DNA of 64,000 nucleotides from Gemmatimonas sp. (GCA_965279375.1 OZ257156.1:2912001-2976000), one strand, 5' to 3'; counted from the first letter of the stretch, positions 39,239 through 49,359 are shown. Program-made: numbers and translations. Notes: generated by a model not told the origin, from the letters alone.

Positions 39239-42100
39239 ATGAGCCACACCGGTACGCTTCCGGCGCCGCTTCGCGTCACGGTGACGAACGCGAACCTCAA
39301 GTTCATTCGCCATCCGATGATGGTTGGGCACTATCGCTCGATGGTGCTTACCGGCACCGAGTTGGCGATGGACATGCTGCTCGGCGGTACGATGACCACG
39401 TCGCTGCGCATGGGGCTGTATCCGGATCAACCTGGTTCGCAGCAGATCTTCCTGAATACGCATGCCAATCACGACAATCCCATGCAACCGCCGCGACCAG
39501 ACGCGGTGATTGTCGTGGGATTGGGTGAGGAAGGAAAGCTGCGCGCGCCTGCGCTGGCCAGCACGGTTCGCCAAGGCGTAATGGCGTGGGCGCAGCGACT
39601 GCAGGGCAGTTCGGCCAAGAAGGTACCGTCGTTCGAACTGGCCGCATCGCTGATCGGCAGTAGCGGCTCCGGAAACAACGCTGGACAGGCGGCGCGATTG
39701 GTCGCTCAGGGCGTACGTGACGCCAACATACGCCTGCTCGAAGCGGGATGGCCCATCGTGCAGCACCTGCATCTCGTCGAGTTGTTTCTCGATCGTGCGA
39801 CGGAAGCGTGGCGCTCGCTGCAGATACTCGCCACGGCGTCGCCGGGCGAGTTCGTGATCTCGCCGTTCTTGCAGACGGGGCTGGGTGGCTTGCAGCGTCC
39901 ACTCAACCCGAGCTATCGCGGGTCGGAGTTCGACCTGATCACTGCGGTCACGCAGCAGGACAGTCACGGCGACTCGCTGATTGCATATACGGTCGATACG
40001 CGACGTGCTCGCACCGAAGTGCGCGCGCAGACAACGCAGATCAAACTGCTGCGCGAGCTCACCACGAGCGCCGCCGACAACGAGAGCACGGACAAGCAAA
40101 TCGGCCGCTCGCTCTTTCGCCTGCTCGTTCCGTTGGAGATGCAGCCGTTTCTCGGTGGCTCCGATGCGATGGTCATCGAATTGGACAGCGGCACGGCGGG
40201 AATTCCGTGGGAACTGCTCGACGCGTCTACCGGAACAGAACAGGGGCGCGCCGCGATGCCGTGGGCGCTGCGCACGAAATTGCTTCGCAAGCTTCGCACG
40301 GTGGACTTCCGCATGCAGGTGCAGGATTCCACAGCCGACGCGCACGTGTTGATCATCGGCGAGCCGCGGTGCGATGATCCCGCGTTTCCGCGACTTCCCG
40401 CCGCGCGCGAGGAAGCGCGCGACATCGCGCGACTGTTCAGCAGTCAGGGAAACTTGCCGTCGGCATCGGTCAAGGAGCTGATCTGCGGCCCCGGCCCGCG
40501 TGATGTCGGCCCCGATGCGCGCACGGTCATCAACGCACTGCTCGAGCGAGACTGGCGCATCATTCACATCGCTGGCCATGGTGAGCCGCCGGACGCCGCG
40601 ACGAGTGCGTCCGCTGCCGATGGCGTGCTACGTGCCGCATCGGATCCGCGCGGGGTCGTGCTTTCCAACGGCACCTACCTTGGCCCGCGTGAGATCGCGA
40701 CGATGTCCGTCGTGCCGGAGCTGGTGTTCGTGAATTGCTGCTACACCGCGGTCAGCAATGCGGAGGACATTCTCGACGCCAGCCCCGCCGACCGCCGCGA
40801 TCGCGCGCGCTTTGCCGCGGGCGTCGCAGAAGAGCTGATCCGCATTGGGGTGCGTTGTGTGATCGCCTCTGGCTGGGCCGTGGAAGACGAGCCCGCGATG
40901 GAGTTCGCGCGCACGTTTTACCGCGAGTTGCTACAGGGCAATCGATTCATCGATGCAGTCGCTGAAGCGCGGACGGCATCGTGGAGGAAGGGCGGCAACA
41001 CGTGGGCCGCATATCAGTGCTACGGCGATCCTGACTGGCGTTTTGTGCCGGCATCGGTGGAGGTGCAGCAGTCGTCCCGAAATCCGGAAGACAAGTACGC
41101 CGGTGTGGCATCGTGGCGCGTGCTGTTGCTGGCGCTCGAGGCGCTCGCTGTCGAGAGTCGCTACAAGGGATACGATCACGACAAGGGGCGCGCGAGTCTG
41201 CTGTTGCTGGAGCAACGCTTCGCCGCCGTGTGGGGAAACATCGGTGCGGTCGCGGAGGCGTTTGGGTTGGCCTGGTCGCAGCTTGGCGACCGCAACAAGG
41301 CGATCGAGTGGTACACACGTTCGGTTGCCACCAATGACAGCAGCGCTTCAATCAAGTCGGTTCAGGAGCTGGGTAACCTGCGCGCACGCGTCGCGTTGGA
41401 GAACGCCGATGCCGTCAAGGCGATGTGCGACTCCACCGGGGACACGACAGCGCTCACGACCGCCATCAACGCGGCCCGTGAGGAGATTCGGACCGCGCTG
41501 GCGATGCTGGAGCAGGTGGCGGGACTGCAGCCGACGATCGATCGAGAGAGTCGATGCGGCTCCGCGTGGAAGCGGTTGTCCATGTTGGAGGCGATGGCTG
41601 GTGATGCCAAGGCCGAGCAGGAGGCGATCGCGCGGATGAAGGAGCGCTATGACAACGCCGAAGAGTTGGCGCGTCGGACGCAGCATCCTGAGTTGTTCTA
41701 TCCGGCATTGAACCGCATGGCGGCGGAGCTGATCGTGGCGGGCCAAGCCGAGTCGTGGCGCGGGTTCGATCCCACTCATGTAGCAGAGATTCGCGAAAGT
41801 CTGCTGGCCAAGACGCGCGACGATCCTGATTTCTGGAGCGTGTCCGGTGTGACGCAGCTACGCATGTACGAAGCGATGGCGCATCGCGCGATGGCCGCCA
41901 ACCTCGATGCGATTCTGGATGAGTATGCCTCGCTCAACGAGCGGGTCAGCGCGACGTGGCTATGGGCGTCGGTGTACGATCAGGCGCGTTGGGTGGTGCC
42001 CAAGTACATGGAACGCGTGGATGAGGTCGAAGACGAAGCGGCGCGGCGCCTACTCGAACGGCTGGCGACGTACGCGGGAGTGCGCTCAGTCACAATTTGA
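39239..42100 (+). CDS. CHAT (caspase-like) protease with N-terminal alpha/beta domain and C-terminal TPR-like helical region
   Basis: IPWELL, LPAAREEA, IHIAGHG (His447), VFVNCC (Cys501), GWAVED, TWAAYQCYGDP; helical repeats ending in DFWS. Confidence 0.87.
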   Translation: MSHTGTLPAPLRVTVTNANLKFIRHPMMVGHYRSMVLTGTELAMDMLLGGTMTTSLRMGLYPDQPGSQQIFLNTHANHDNPMQPPRPDAVIVVGLGEEGKLRAPALASTVRQGVMAWAQRLQGSSAKKVPSFELAASLIGSSGSGNNAGQAARLVAQGVRDANIRLLEAGWPIVQHLHLVELFLDRATEAWRSLQILATASPGEFVISPFLQTGLGGLQRPLNPSYRGSEFDLITAVTQQDSHGDSLIAYTVDTRRARTEVRAQTTQIKLLRELTTSAADNESTDKQIGRSLFRLLVPLEMQPFLGGSDAMVIELDSGTAGIPWELLDASTGTEQGRAAMPWALRTKLLRKLRTVDFRMQVQDSTADAHVLIIGEPRCDDPAFPRLPAAREEARDIARLFSSQGNLPSASVKELICGPGPRDVGPDARTVINALLERDWRIIHIAGHGEPPDAATSASAADGVLRAASDPRGVVLSNGTYLGPREIATMSVVPELVFVNCCYTAVSNAEDILDASPADRRDRARFAAGVAEELIRIGVRCVIASGWAVEDEPAMEFARTFYRELLQGNRFIDAVAEARTASWRKGGNTWAAYQCYGDPDWRFVPASVEVQQSSRNPEDKYAGVASWRVLLLALEALAVESRYKGYDHDKGRASLLLLEQRFAAVWGNIGAVAEAFGLAWSQLGDRNKAIEWYTRSVATNDSSASIKSVQELGNLRARVALENADAVKAMCDSTGDTTALTTAINAAREEIRTALAMLEQVAGLQPTIDRESRCGSAWKRLSMLEAMAGDAKAEQEAIARMKERYDNAEELARRTQHPELFYPALNRMAAELIVAGQAESWRGFDPTHVAEIRESLLAKTRDDPDFWSVSGVTQLRMYEAMAHRAMAANLDAILDEYASLNERVSATWLWASVYDQARWVVPKYMERVDEVEDEAARRLLERLATYAGVRSVTI

Positions 42101-42245
42101 GACGGTTCGGTCCGCCTCAGTATCTGTTGCGGATCACAGGTTTGGCGCGAGTATACAGGGACGGGCGCCGTGCTCATCACAGGCAGACGGCCCCGACCCA
42201 TTGGCGCCAGCGTTTGACGCTGGCCAGTCCGCCACTTGCGACCGC

Positions 42246-45200
42246 ATGCGACTCGATACGCGCACGATCCTGTTCGTGATCTCGCTGGTGAGTTTCACGA
42301 ATGCGATGGCGATGTTCATTGGCTGGCGCACGTATCTGCGCCAGCGACAAATGGCGTGGTGGCTGGCGTCGAGCTTCAGTTTGACGCTGGGCATCTGCTT
42401 GCTGACGCTGCGCGGCTTGGTACCCGACGTTGTGCCGGTGGTTTTCGGCAATTTTGCCGTTCTGATCAGCATGGGGACGCTGCTGATCGGCTGCGAGCTG
42501 TCCGTAGATGCACGGCCGTCGTGGCGCGGGGCCGGTTCGCTGCTCGGCGTGCTCGCTGCGGTGCATCTCTACTTCTTCTTTGGTTTCGATTCCTTCCTGG
42601 CGCGCACGGTGGTGATGTCTATTGCCTCGGCCGCCTTTCCCCTCGCGTCGGCGCGCGTGCTCTTCCGTGCGCAACGGCAGCCGTCTACGTCCACGCGATT
42701 CATTGCGGCGGGGCTGTTGTTCTTGATTGGCGGGGCGCAGGCACTTCGCGGCATCCTGGCGCTGCGCGGCGCGACGCCGACGGACCTGGTGGGTGACAAC
42801 GTCGCGGTTACGGTCAATCTGACGTTGGCACTCATGCTGTGGCTGCTGTTGTCGTTCGTGTCGATGGTGATGACGGGTGAGCGACTGCAGGAAGAGACGC
42901 GCGTGGCGCGGGCCGCGCTCGATGCGTCCACGCAGGCGGGTCTGCAGGCATTGCGCCGCAGCGAGGAGCGCTTCTCGCTCGCCGTGGAAGGATCGAATGC
43001 GGGCATCTGGGATTGGGACGTGGCGTCGAACACGTTCTTCCTGTCGGCGCTCGGCAAGTCGCTGCTTGGCTACGCCGACGACGAAGCCGAAGGGAGCTAC
43101 GAACGGTGGTTTCAGTTGCTGCACCCAGATGATTCCCCGCGTGCGGTGCAGACGATTCGTCAGTACCTGCGCAGTGGGCAATCGGAGCTGGTGCTGGAGC
43201 ATCGGTTGCGTCACCGTGACGGAACCTATCGTTGGATGCTCGGTCGCGGTGCGGCGCGACGCGATGCGGCGCTGCGTGTGTATCGCATCGCCGGCTCGAT
43301 CGAGGACATTACGGAACGTCGAACGACGGAGGATGCGCAGGAATTTCTTGCGCGCCACGCACATCTCGGGCTCGGCGAAGACTTCTTCGACTCCCTCTGT
43401 CGCTATCTCCTGCAGGCGCTCAGCGCCGATGCTGTCTTCTTCGATCGTCTCTCGGCAGATGGATCGAGCGCGGTGGTCGAAGCGTCGTGTACGATTGGAG
43501 TCATCGGCGTGCCTGCGGTGCGCGAGTTGGAGGGGAGTGCAGTTGGCGAGTGCGTGAAGGAGGGCAACTGGTCGATGCTCCGCGGCGTTCGGGAGCGCTT
43601 TCCCACCGATGCGAGGCTGCGCGCCGTTGGCGCCGAGGCGTGTGTGGGAACGACATTGCGCATGACCAATGGTCAGCCGATCGGTGTGATCACGGTCGTG
43701 ACTCGAACTCCGCTCGCGGATTCCCGGACCGCGGAGTTGCTGCTGTCGCTCTTTGCCGTGCCGGCGTCCGGTGAACTCATTCGCAAGCAGGCGGACGAGG
43801 CATTGCGGCGTCGCGAGGAGTATTCGCGGCACCTGCTGACGAGCCTCCCTGCCGGCGTGGTCGTGCATTCGCCAGACACAGCGGTGCTCGACTGTAACGC
43901 GATGGCGAGTGCGATGATGGGGCTGACGCTCGACCAGATGCGTGGCCGCACGGCCGTCGATCCATCGTGGAGTTTTGTGCGCGAGGATCGCACGACGATG
44001 ACGCTGGATGAGTATCCGGTTCGGCGTGTCGCTGCGACCGGAGCGCCCGTGAGTGGGTTGGTGGTGGGCATGCAGGTGCCTGGACGCGGTGATGTCACGT
44101 GGGCGGTGTGCAACGCCTATCCGATCGACGACGATGACGGTGCACTCTCGCAGATCGTGGTGACGTTCGTGGACGTCACGGAGCGCATCCGATCGGAGGA
44201 GGCACGCGCGCAGCTGGAGTCGCAGTTGCGACAGTCGCAGAAGATGGAGGCGGTTGGGCAGCTGGCCGGTGGAATCGCGCACGATTTCAATAACCTGCTC
44301 ACCGTGATCACCGGCATTGCGGATGTCGCCGCGCGCAGTTTGTCGCCAGAGGATCCGTTTCGTCGCGATCTCACCGACATCCAACGCGCAGGGCAGCGCG
44401 CCGCGGTGCTCACTCGTCAGCTACTCGCGTTCGGCCGCAAGCAGACCATTGCACCGGAGATTTTGAACCTTGGCGTGTTGATCGACGACTTGCAGCCACT
44501 GCTGACGCGCGTCATTCGCGAGAATATCCGCCTTGAGCTGCGGGCCTGCCGCGGCCCGTGTGAGGTGCTCGCCGATCCCGGACAGATCGAGCAGGTGCTG
44601 CTCAACCTTGCGTTGAACGCGCGGGATGCGATGCCGCACGGCGGCACGCTCACCTTCGAGCTGAGCGAGACTACGCTCGACCCGGCGTTCGTGCGCTCGC
44701 ATCCGGGCGTGCGTCCGGGGCCGCATGTGCGAATGAATGTGCGCGACACCGGCGTCGGGATGGACGAGTCCACGCGTGCGCGCGTTTTCGAACCGTTCTA
44801 TACCACCAAGGCGCCGGGGCAGGGGACTGGGCTTGGCCTGGCGACGGTGTATGGGATCGTCTCGCAGTCGCGTGGAGCCATCGAGGTGGTCAGCGCGCCG
44901 GGACAAGGCACGACGTTCTCCGTCTACCTGCCGTTGGTGCGCGGTGCGTCACACGCGGGCGAAGGATCCGCGCTCCGGGTACGCACGCCGAGGGATACGC
45001 CGTCCGTACCGATGTACGAGGTATCCGAGGAAGCATTCTCGGGGACGGGGAGCATTCTCGTGGTGGAAGACGAGGGAGCGATCCGTCGCCTCGCGCAGCG
45101 CATTCTCCAGAGTGCGGGGTACACGGTTCTGACGGCGTGCGACGGTGTGGATGCCTTGCGCGTACTCGAAGAGCGTGGCTCGGCGGTGGACCTGTTGCTG

Positions 45201-45419
45201 ACCGACGTGATCATGCCCAACATGGGCGGACCGGAGCTCGCCAAACGGCTGTCAGAGTTGCACCCGTCCACGAAGGTGCTGTACGCTTCGGGTTACGCGG
45301 GCGACGCGGAGTTGCGCCTCAACGCGATTGGCGAGTCCAGCAATTTTCTGGGCAAGCCGTATCAAGTAGTGGAGCTGACACGGAAAGTGCGAGAGATCAT
45401 GGCCACAGGCAAAGCGTGA
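42246..45419 (+). CDS. Membrane hybrid sensor histidine kinase (TM sensor-PAS-GAF-PAS-HisKA-HATPase-REC)
   Basis: About 7 TM helices; GIWDWD/HPDD PAS; AHDFNNLL, NARDAM, DTGVG, FEPFYTTK, GTGLGL; REC LLTDVIMP..KP. Confidence 0.93.
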   Translation: MRLDTRTILFVISLVSFTNAMAMFIGWRTYLRQRQMAWWLASSFSLTLGICLLTLRGLVPDVVPVVFGNFAVLISMGTLLIGCELSVDARPSWRGAGSLLGVLAAVHLYFFFGFDSFLARTVVMSIASAAFPLASARVLFRAQRQPSTSTRFIAAGLLFLIGGAQALRGILALRGATPTDLVGDNVAVTVNLTLALMLWLLLSFVSMVMTGERLQEETRVARAALDASTQAGLQALRRSEERFSLAVEGSNAGIWDWDVASNTFFLSALGKSLLGYADDEAEGSYERWFQLLHPDDSPRAVQTIRQYLRSGQSELVLEHRLRHRDGTYRWMLGRGAARRDAALRVYRIAGSIEDITERRTTEDAQEFLARHAHLGLGEDFFDSLCRYLLQALSADAVFFDRLSADGSSAVVEASCTIGVIGVPAVRELEGSAVGECVKEGNWSMLRGVRERFPTDARLRAVGAEACVGTTLRMTNGQPIGVITVVTRTPLADSRTAELLLSLFAVPASGELIRKQADEALRRREEYSRHLLTSLPAGVVVHSPDTAVLDCNAMASAMMGLTLDQMRGRTAVDPSWSFVREDRTTMTLDEYPVRRVAATGAPVSGLVVGMQVPGRGDVTWAVCNAYPIDDDDGALSQIVVTFVDVTERIRSEEARAQLESQLRQSQKMEAVGQLAGGIAHDFNNLLTVITGIADVAARSLSPEDPFRRDLTDIQRAGQRAAVLTRQLLAFGRKQTIAPEILNLGVLIDDLQPLLTRVIRENIRLELRACRGPCEVLADPGQIEQVLLNLALNARDAMPHGGTLTFELSETTLDPAFVRSHPGVRPGPHVRMNVRDTGVGMDESTRARVFEPFYTTKAPGQGTGLGLATVYGIVSQSRGAIEVVSAPGQGTTFSVYLPLVRGASHAGEGSALRVRTPRDTPSVPMYEVSEEAFSGTGSILVVEDEGAIRRLAQRILQSAGYTVLTACDGVDALRVLEERGSAVDLLLTDVIMPNMGGPELAKRLSELHPSTKVLYASGYAGDAELRLNAIGESSNFLGKPYQVVELTRKVREIMATGKA

Positions 45420-46159
45420 GCACGCAGGATCACAACGACGGGACGGATCGACGCGGCTTCCTTGCGCGCGTCGGCGTCGCGGCGGCGTCGCTGATGGTCT
45501 CCGCGCGCACGTCGGCGGCATTGACGCCACGCAGTCGAGCGCTTCCCTCGGAGTTCGCGTTCGCTCGGCTGCGCTACGATTCGGGCGATTGGGACTACAA
45601 CCCCAAGGTGTGCGCCAACGTGCTCGACGCGATCGTGCAATACACCGGCATTCCGATCCAGCAGCGCGAAGTGGTCATCACGGCGGATTCGGCGGAACTG
45701 CAGTCGTTCCCGTTTCTCTTCATGACCGGACACAAGCTGGTGCGCTTCAATGAGAAGGAACGTCGCGGGCTCGTGCGCTTTGTCGAGAATGGCGGGCTGC
45801 TCTTCTCGGACGACTGCAATCACGACGTGAACGGCCTGTACGCCAAGTCATTCGAGGCGGAGATGAAGAAGGCGTTCACCGGCAGCGGTGTGCTCGACAA
45901 GATCCCCAATTCGCACGCGCTCTATCGCAGCTTCTTCCAGTTTGACGGACCGCCGCAGACCAGCCACGAACTCAATGGCTGGGGCGACAACGTGCTGCAC
46001 AACTACCTGCGCGGCGTGGAGCGCAACGGCCGGCTAGGCGTCGTGTACGCCAACCAGGACTACGGCTGCGAGTGGGACTACAGCTGGAAGAACAAGAAGT
46101 ACCGTACAAAAGACAACACCAGGTTCGTGGTGAACCTGGTGGTCTATGCGATGACGTAG
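45416..46159 (+). CDS. DUF4159-domain protein with twin-arginine signal
   Basis: DRRGFL; FARLRYDSGDWD, PFLFMTGH, GGLLFSDDC, DYGCEW; GTGA overlap with the kinase stop. Confidence 0.8.
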   Translation: MSTQDHNDGTDRRGFLARVGVAAASLMVSARTSAALTPRSRALPSEFAFARLRYDSGDWDYNPKVCANVLDAIVQYTGIPIQQREVVITADSAELQSFPFLFMTGHKLVRFNEKERRGLVRFVENGGLLFSDDCNHDVNGLYAKSFEAEMKKAFTGSGVLDKIPNSHALYRSFFQFDGPPQTSHELNGWGDNVLHNYLRGVERNGRLGVVYANQDYGCEWDYSWKNKKYRTKDNTRFVVNLVVYAMT

Positions 46160-46177
46160 CAGGACGAAGGCGCGCGC

Positions 46178-47878
46178 TCAGTCGAACGCGGCGCCCACCA
46201 TCATCTTGCGGATGAGCAGCCACGGTGAGCCGTGCGAGATGGAATTAGTCTGCGTCGGCTGTCCCTTGGCGTCGCCACCTGTTCCGTGCTTCTGATACTC
46301 GCTCGGGCCGGTGATGCCGTCGAGATTGCCCCAGAAGTCGGTCGTGATCGCGTTGTACGTCACGTCGGTCACCTGACGCGTGATCTTGCCGTTCTTGATT
46401 TCCCAGAAGATGTGGCCGCCGAACTGGCCGTTGTAGCGCTGCTGGTCGATGGAGTAGCTGCCACGTCCGTCGATCATGACGCCGTTCTTCACGTCGCCGA
46501 TGAGTGCTTCGAGCTTGGGTGAGTTGTCCGGTCCCGGCTCCACGTGCACGTTGGGCATACGCAGGAACGGATAGTCGCGCCACGAGTTACCGAAGGTGCA
46601 GCCGCGGCTGAAGTCCTCGCCGATCAGGTGCGCCGTCTCGCGATTGGTCTGCAGGCCAACGAGTGTGCCTTCGCGAATGAGCGGCCACTTCATCGACTTC
46701 ACGCCGTCATCGTCGTAGCCGACCGAGCCGATGCCATCATCCGTCTTGTCGCAGGTGACGTTCATCAGCTTGGAGCCGTACTTGAGCTTGCCCACATCGG
46801 AGAGCTTCACGAAGCTCGTGCCGGCGTAGTTGGCTTCGTAGCCCATGATGCGATCGAGTTCCGTGGCATGCGCGACGATCTCGTGGATCGTGAGCATCGC
46901 GTGCGACGGAGAGAGAATGAGGTCGCGCAGGCCGCTCGAACCCAGCGGCTTGGCGGTGCACATCTCAACGGCATCGTTGGCCACGCGTTCGGCCGACGCC
47001 AGCAGATCGGAACGCTCGGCGACTTCCCAACCACCGGCTGATGCAACGCCGGGATAGTTGCGCGTCTTGGTCACGTCGCCGACCTTCGCCGTGACGCTGA
47101 GCGTGGGCGAGGTGGTGAAGAGCTCCTGCTCGATATACGAGCCTTCGCTCGACGCGAAGTAACGCCACTCGTAGCTGTGCGTGGCGGCGACGTTCACCGC
47201 CGTCACGCCCTTCACCGCGCTCGCCTTGTCGACGATCGATTGCGCCCAGGCCTGCTTGTCCGTCTGCGATACCGACGTGGGATGCTTGACCATCGGCGTG
47301 ACGTAGTTGGTCACGTAGGCCGGCACCGGCGCGAGCTTGAGGTTCGCCTTTTTGGCGATCGCGCTGGCTTTGGCAACTTCCGTCGCGACGCGCGTGATGC
47401 GCTTGATCTCATCTTCGGTCACGATCGGGCTTGAAGCGAAGCCCCAGACGCCGCTGTGCACGACGCGCACACCGAAACCTGCGGCCTGACGGTCCGCTTC
47501 CGTGGGGATTCCGCGCGCTGCCGCACCGCCTCCACGTCCACCACCACCTCCTCCTCCGCCGCGTCCCGCTCCGCCACCGCCACCGCCACCCGGGAATCCG
47601 CCGCCACCGCCGCCGCCCGGACCACCGGTGCCGGCCGTGCGGAAGAAGGCATTTCCGCCGGGTACGTTGGCAGTCATGGTGAAGCGCACGTCGGCGTAGG
47701 TGCATCCTGCCGTCTTCGCTTCCTTGAGCACGATGTCTGCCATGCCCTTGAACTTCGAGTCGGTCACGCGCCCCTTGGGCGACGTGGCGACGATTTCGGC
47801 CATCAGATCATGCGAGTACAACGAGAGGGCGGCGGTTGCGCCGAGTCCCTTCAGAAAATCGCGACGAGTTGGGCTCAT
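46178..47878 (-). CDS. tldD: TldD-family metalloprotease with Tat signal and Gly-rich insertion
   Basis: TRRDFLK; GFGVRV..WGFASS, HEIVAHATELD, YDDDGV, RMPN, SIDQQRYN, GQP. Confidence 0.9.
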   Translation of the reverse strand: MSPTRRDFLKGLGATAALSLYSHDLMAEIVATSPKGRVTDSKFKGMADIVLKEAKTAGCTYADVRFTMTANVPGGNAFFRTAGTGGPGGGGGGGFPGGGGGGGAGRGGGGGGGGRGGGAAARGIPTEADRQAAGFGVRVVHSGVWGFASSPIVTEDEIKRITRVATEVAKASAIAKKANLKLAPVPAYVTNYVTPMVKHPTSVSQTDKQAWAQSIVDKASAVKGVTAVNVAATHSYEWRYFASSEGSYIEQELFTTSPTLSVTAKVGDVTKTRNYPGVASAGGWEVAERSDLLASAERVANDAVEMCTAKPLGSSGLRDLILSPSHAMLTIHEIVAHATELDRIMGYEANYAGTSFVKLSDVGKLKYGSKLMNVTCDKTDDGIGSVGYDDDGVKSMKWPLIREGTLVGLQTNRETAHLIGEDFSRGCTFGNSWRDYPFLRMPNVHVEPGPDNSPKLEALIGDVKNGVMIDGRGSYSIDQQRYNGQFGGHIFWEIKNGKITRQVTDVTYNAITTDFWGNLDGITGPSEYQKHGTGGDAKGQPTQTNSISHGSPWLLIRKMMVGAAFD

Positions 47879-47890
47879 GTCGGTTCGTGC

Positions 47891-49351
47891 TCAGACGGCG
47901 GGTGAGACAGAAGTCATGTAGAACTCTTCGATCCGCACCGGCGGAATCAGAGCGGCTTGTCCAAGGTCGAACGACTCGCCGAGTCCCATTGGGACTGGCT
48001 TGCCCACGAGCGTGAGATTGTTGTAAGCGACGAGTGGGGACATGTTCCAGCGGAAATTCTGCACCGGGCCCACGATCTCGCCGTTCTCGATCAGGAACAG
48101 ACCGTCGCGCGTCATGCCGGTGTTGAGCAAGGGCTGACCGTCGGCCGGCACACCGCGAATGTACCAGAAGCTCGTAACCAGCAGCCCGCGACGCGTCTGC
48201 TTGATCATGTCTTCGATGGACAGGTTGGAGCCTTCCTGCACGAGGCTGAGATTGGGCGTCGCCGGCTGTCCGCTGGTGAAGTTGCGCAGCACGCCCTTGT
48301 CCACCCACGTGACCGGCGCGGCCGGCTTGTAGTCGCCCAAGATCGTGTTCTGACGCAGCATGTCGTTACCGACATCGCTGCGCAACGTGAACAGATCGCT
48401 GAACAGCTTGTCGCCGGGCTTCTTGCCGTTCATGAAGGCGCCGGCACCGCCGAACGCGCCACCACCAAAGATGCCGCCACCACCGCCGCCGCCCGGAGGG
48501 CCACCGCCCGGGGGACCTCCACCCGGAGGACCGCCTGCGGCCGGATCAGCGCCCGGAGGAGGGCCGCCTGCACCGGGGAATCCACCGCCGCCGCCTCGTC
48601 CGCCGGCACCGCCGTTGTTGAAGATGCCCGTCATCAACGACAGAAACCGCGCGTTAGCACGCGGCTCCAGGATCACCGTGTAGCGCCCCGGCTCGATGGC
48701 CTTCGCATTGCGGCTCTTGAGCGCCTTGTTCGCGGCGACTTCCGTGAGTGCCTTGGCGTCGACGCCGCGGATGTCCTTGATGCCCATCGTACCAGACCAA
48801 CCTGACCCACTGCCATCCGGCATGCGACACGTCAGCACGAATCCCATCTCGGCGTTGCGATAGTAGGCGAAGAGCCCATTCGAATTCGCCGTGCAGGTCG
48901 TCTGGTCGACCTTGGGGATGTACCCCGCGCCAAGCACGCCTTTCTTCTCGGCCAGGTCGATGCTGTCACGCACCATGCGCGCACGCTCGGCCGGCCCGTA
49001 GTTCACCAAGTTCGGGATCGCCGAGTCGACGGGCAGATAGGTCTGTGCCCCGAGGAGTGGCGGCAGGTTGGGATTGTCGATGCCCGCCTGCGCGTTGGCG
49101 AGCGCTTCCTTCACCATTGCCTGCAGGCCAGCGTCGCTGAAGTCGCGTGTGTTCGCGCTCCCCGATTTCTGGCCGACGCGGACCGTGGCGGTGAGCTGGC
49201 GATCGTACTGCACCAGGTTGGTCGTGATCGACGAATTGGCCCAGCGGGTGCCGGAGCGTTCGCCGCCCGTGAGGTTTACCTCGACGGCGTCGGCTTTGGC
49301 CATGTTGATGACCTTGTCGACGATGGCTTTGACTTCTTCGCGGGTATACAT
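47891..49351 (-). CDS. TldE/PmbA-family partner with Gly/Pro-rich insertion
   Basis: [48 protein letters not shown]; no HExxH, no signal peptide. Confidence 0.85.
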   Translation of the reverse strand: MYTREEVKAIVDKVINMAKADAVEVNLTGGERSGTRWANSSITTNLVQYDRQLTATVRVGQKSGSANTRDFSDAGLQAMVKEALANAQAGIDNPNLPPLLGAQTYLPVDSAIPNLVNYGPAERARMVRDSIDLAEKKGVLGAGYIPKVDQTTCTANSNGLFAYYRNAEMGFVLTCRMPDGSGSGWSGTMGIKDIRGVDAKALTEVAANKALKSRNAKAIEPGRYTVILEPRANARFLSLMTGIFNNGGAGGRGGGGGFPGAGGPPPGADPAAGGPPGGGPPGGGPPGGGGGGGIFGGGAFGGAGAFMNGKKPGDKLFSDLFTLRSDVGNDMLRQNTILGDYKPAAPVTWVDKGVLRNFTSGQPATPNLSLVQEGSNLSIEDMIKQTRRGLLVTSFWYIRGVPADGQPLLNTGMTRDGLFLIENGEIVGPVQNFRWNMSPLVAYNNLTLVGKPVPMGLGESFDLGQAALIPPVRIEEFYMTSVSPAV

Positions 49352-49359
49352 GGCGGCAG

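Noticed and set aside
39235..39241. Frameshifted pseudogene splitting a hydrolase-CHAT fusion
   Set aside because: The hydrolase ends normally after its catalytic His helix and the next gene has an immediate ATG, consistent with translational coupling of two intact genes
35511..42245. CHAT operon as a mobile element or prophage cargo
   Set aside because: No integrase, transposase, tRNA target or flanking direct repeats seen; base composition looks similar to the flanks
41907..42245. Extended N-termini given by the ORF track (also 39164, 45137, 53933, 55357, 58978)
   Set aside because: These extensions overlap upstream genes and read as non-protein-like; downstream starts give typical coupled overlaps or signal peptides
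42177..44384. 735-aa antisense ORF, and similar long ORFs such as 55237-57180 (+), 39137-40579 (-), 34260-35651 (-)
   Set aside because: All overlap well-supported genes on the opposite strand and lack recognisable domains
47515..48620. CCG/CCA-rich repeats as a CRISPR array or non-coding repeat
   Set aside because: They are in-frame Gly/Pro codons inside tldD and tldE; there is no repeat-spacer structure and no cas gene
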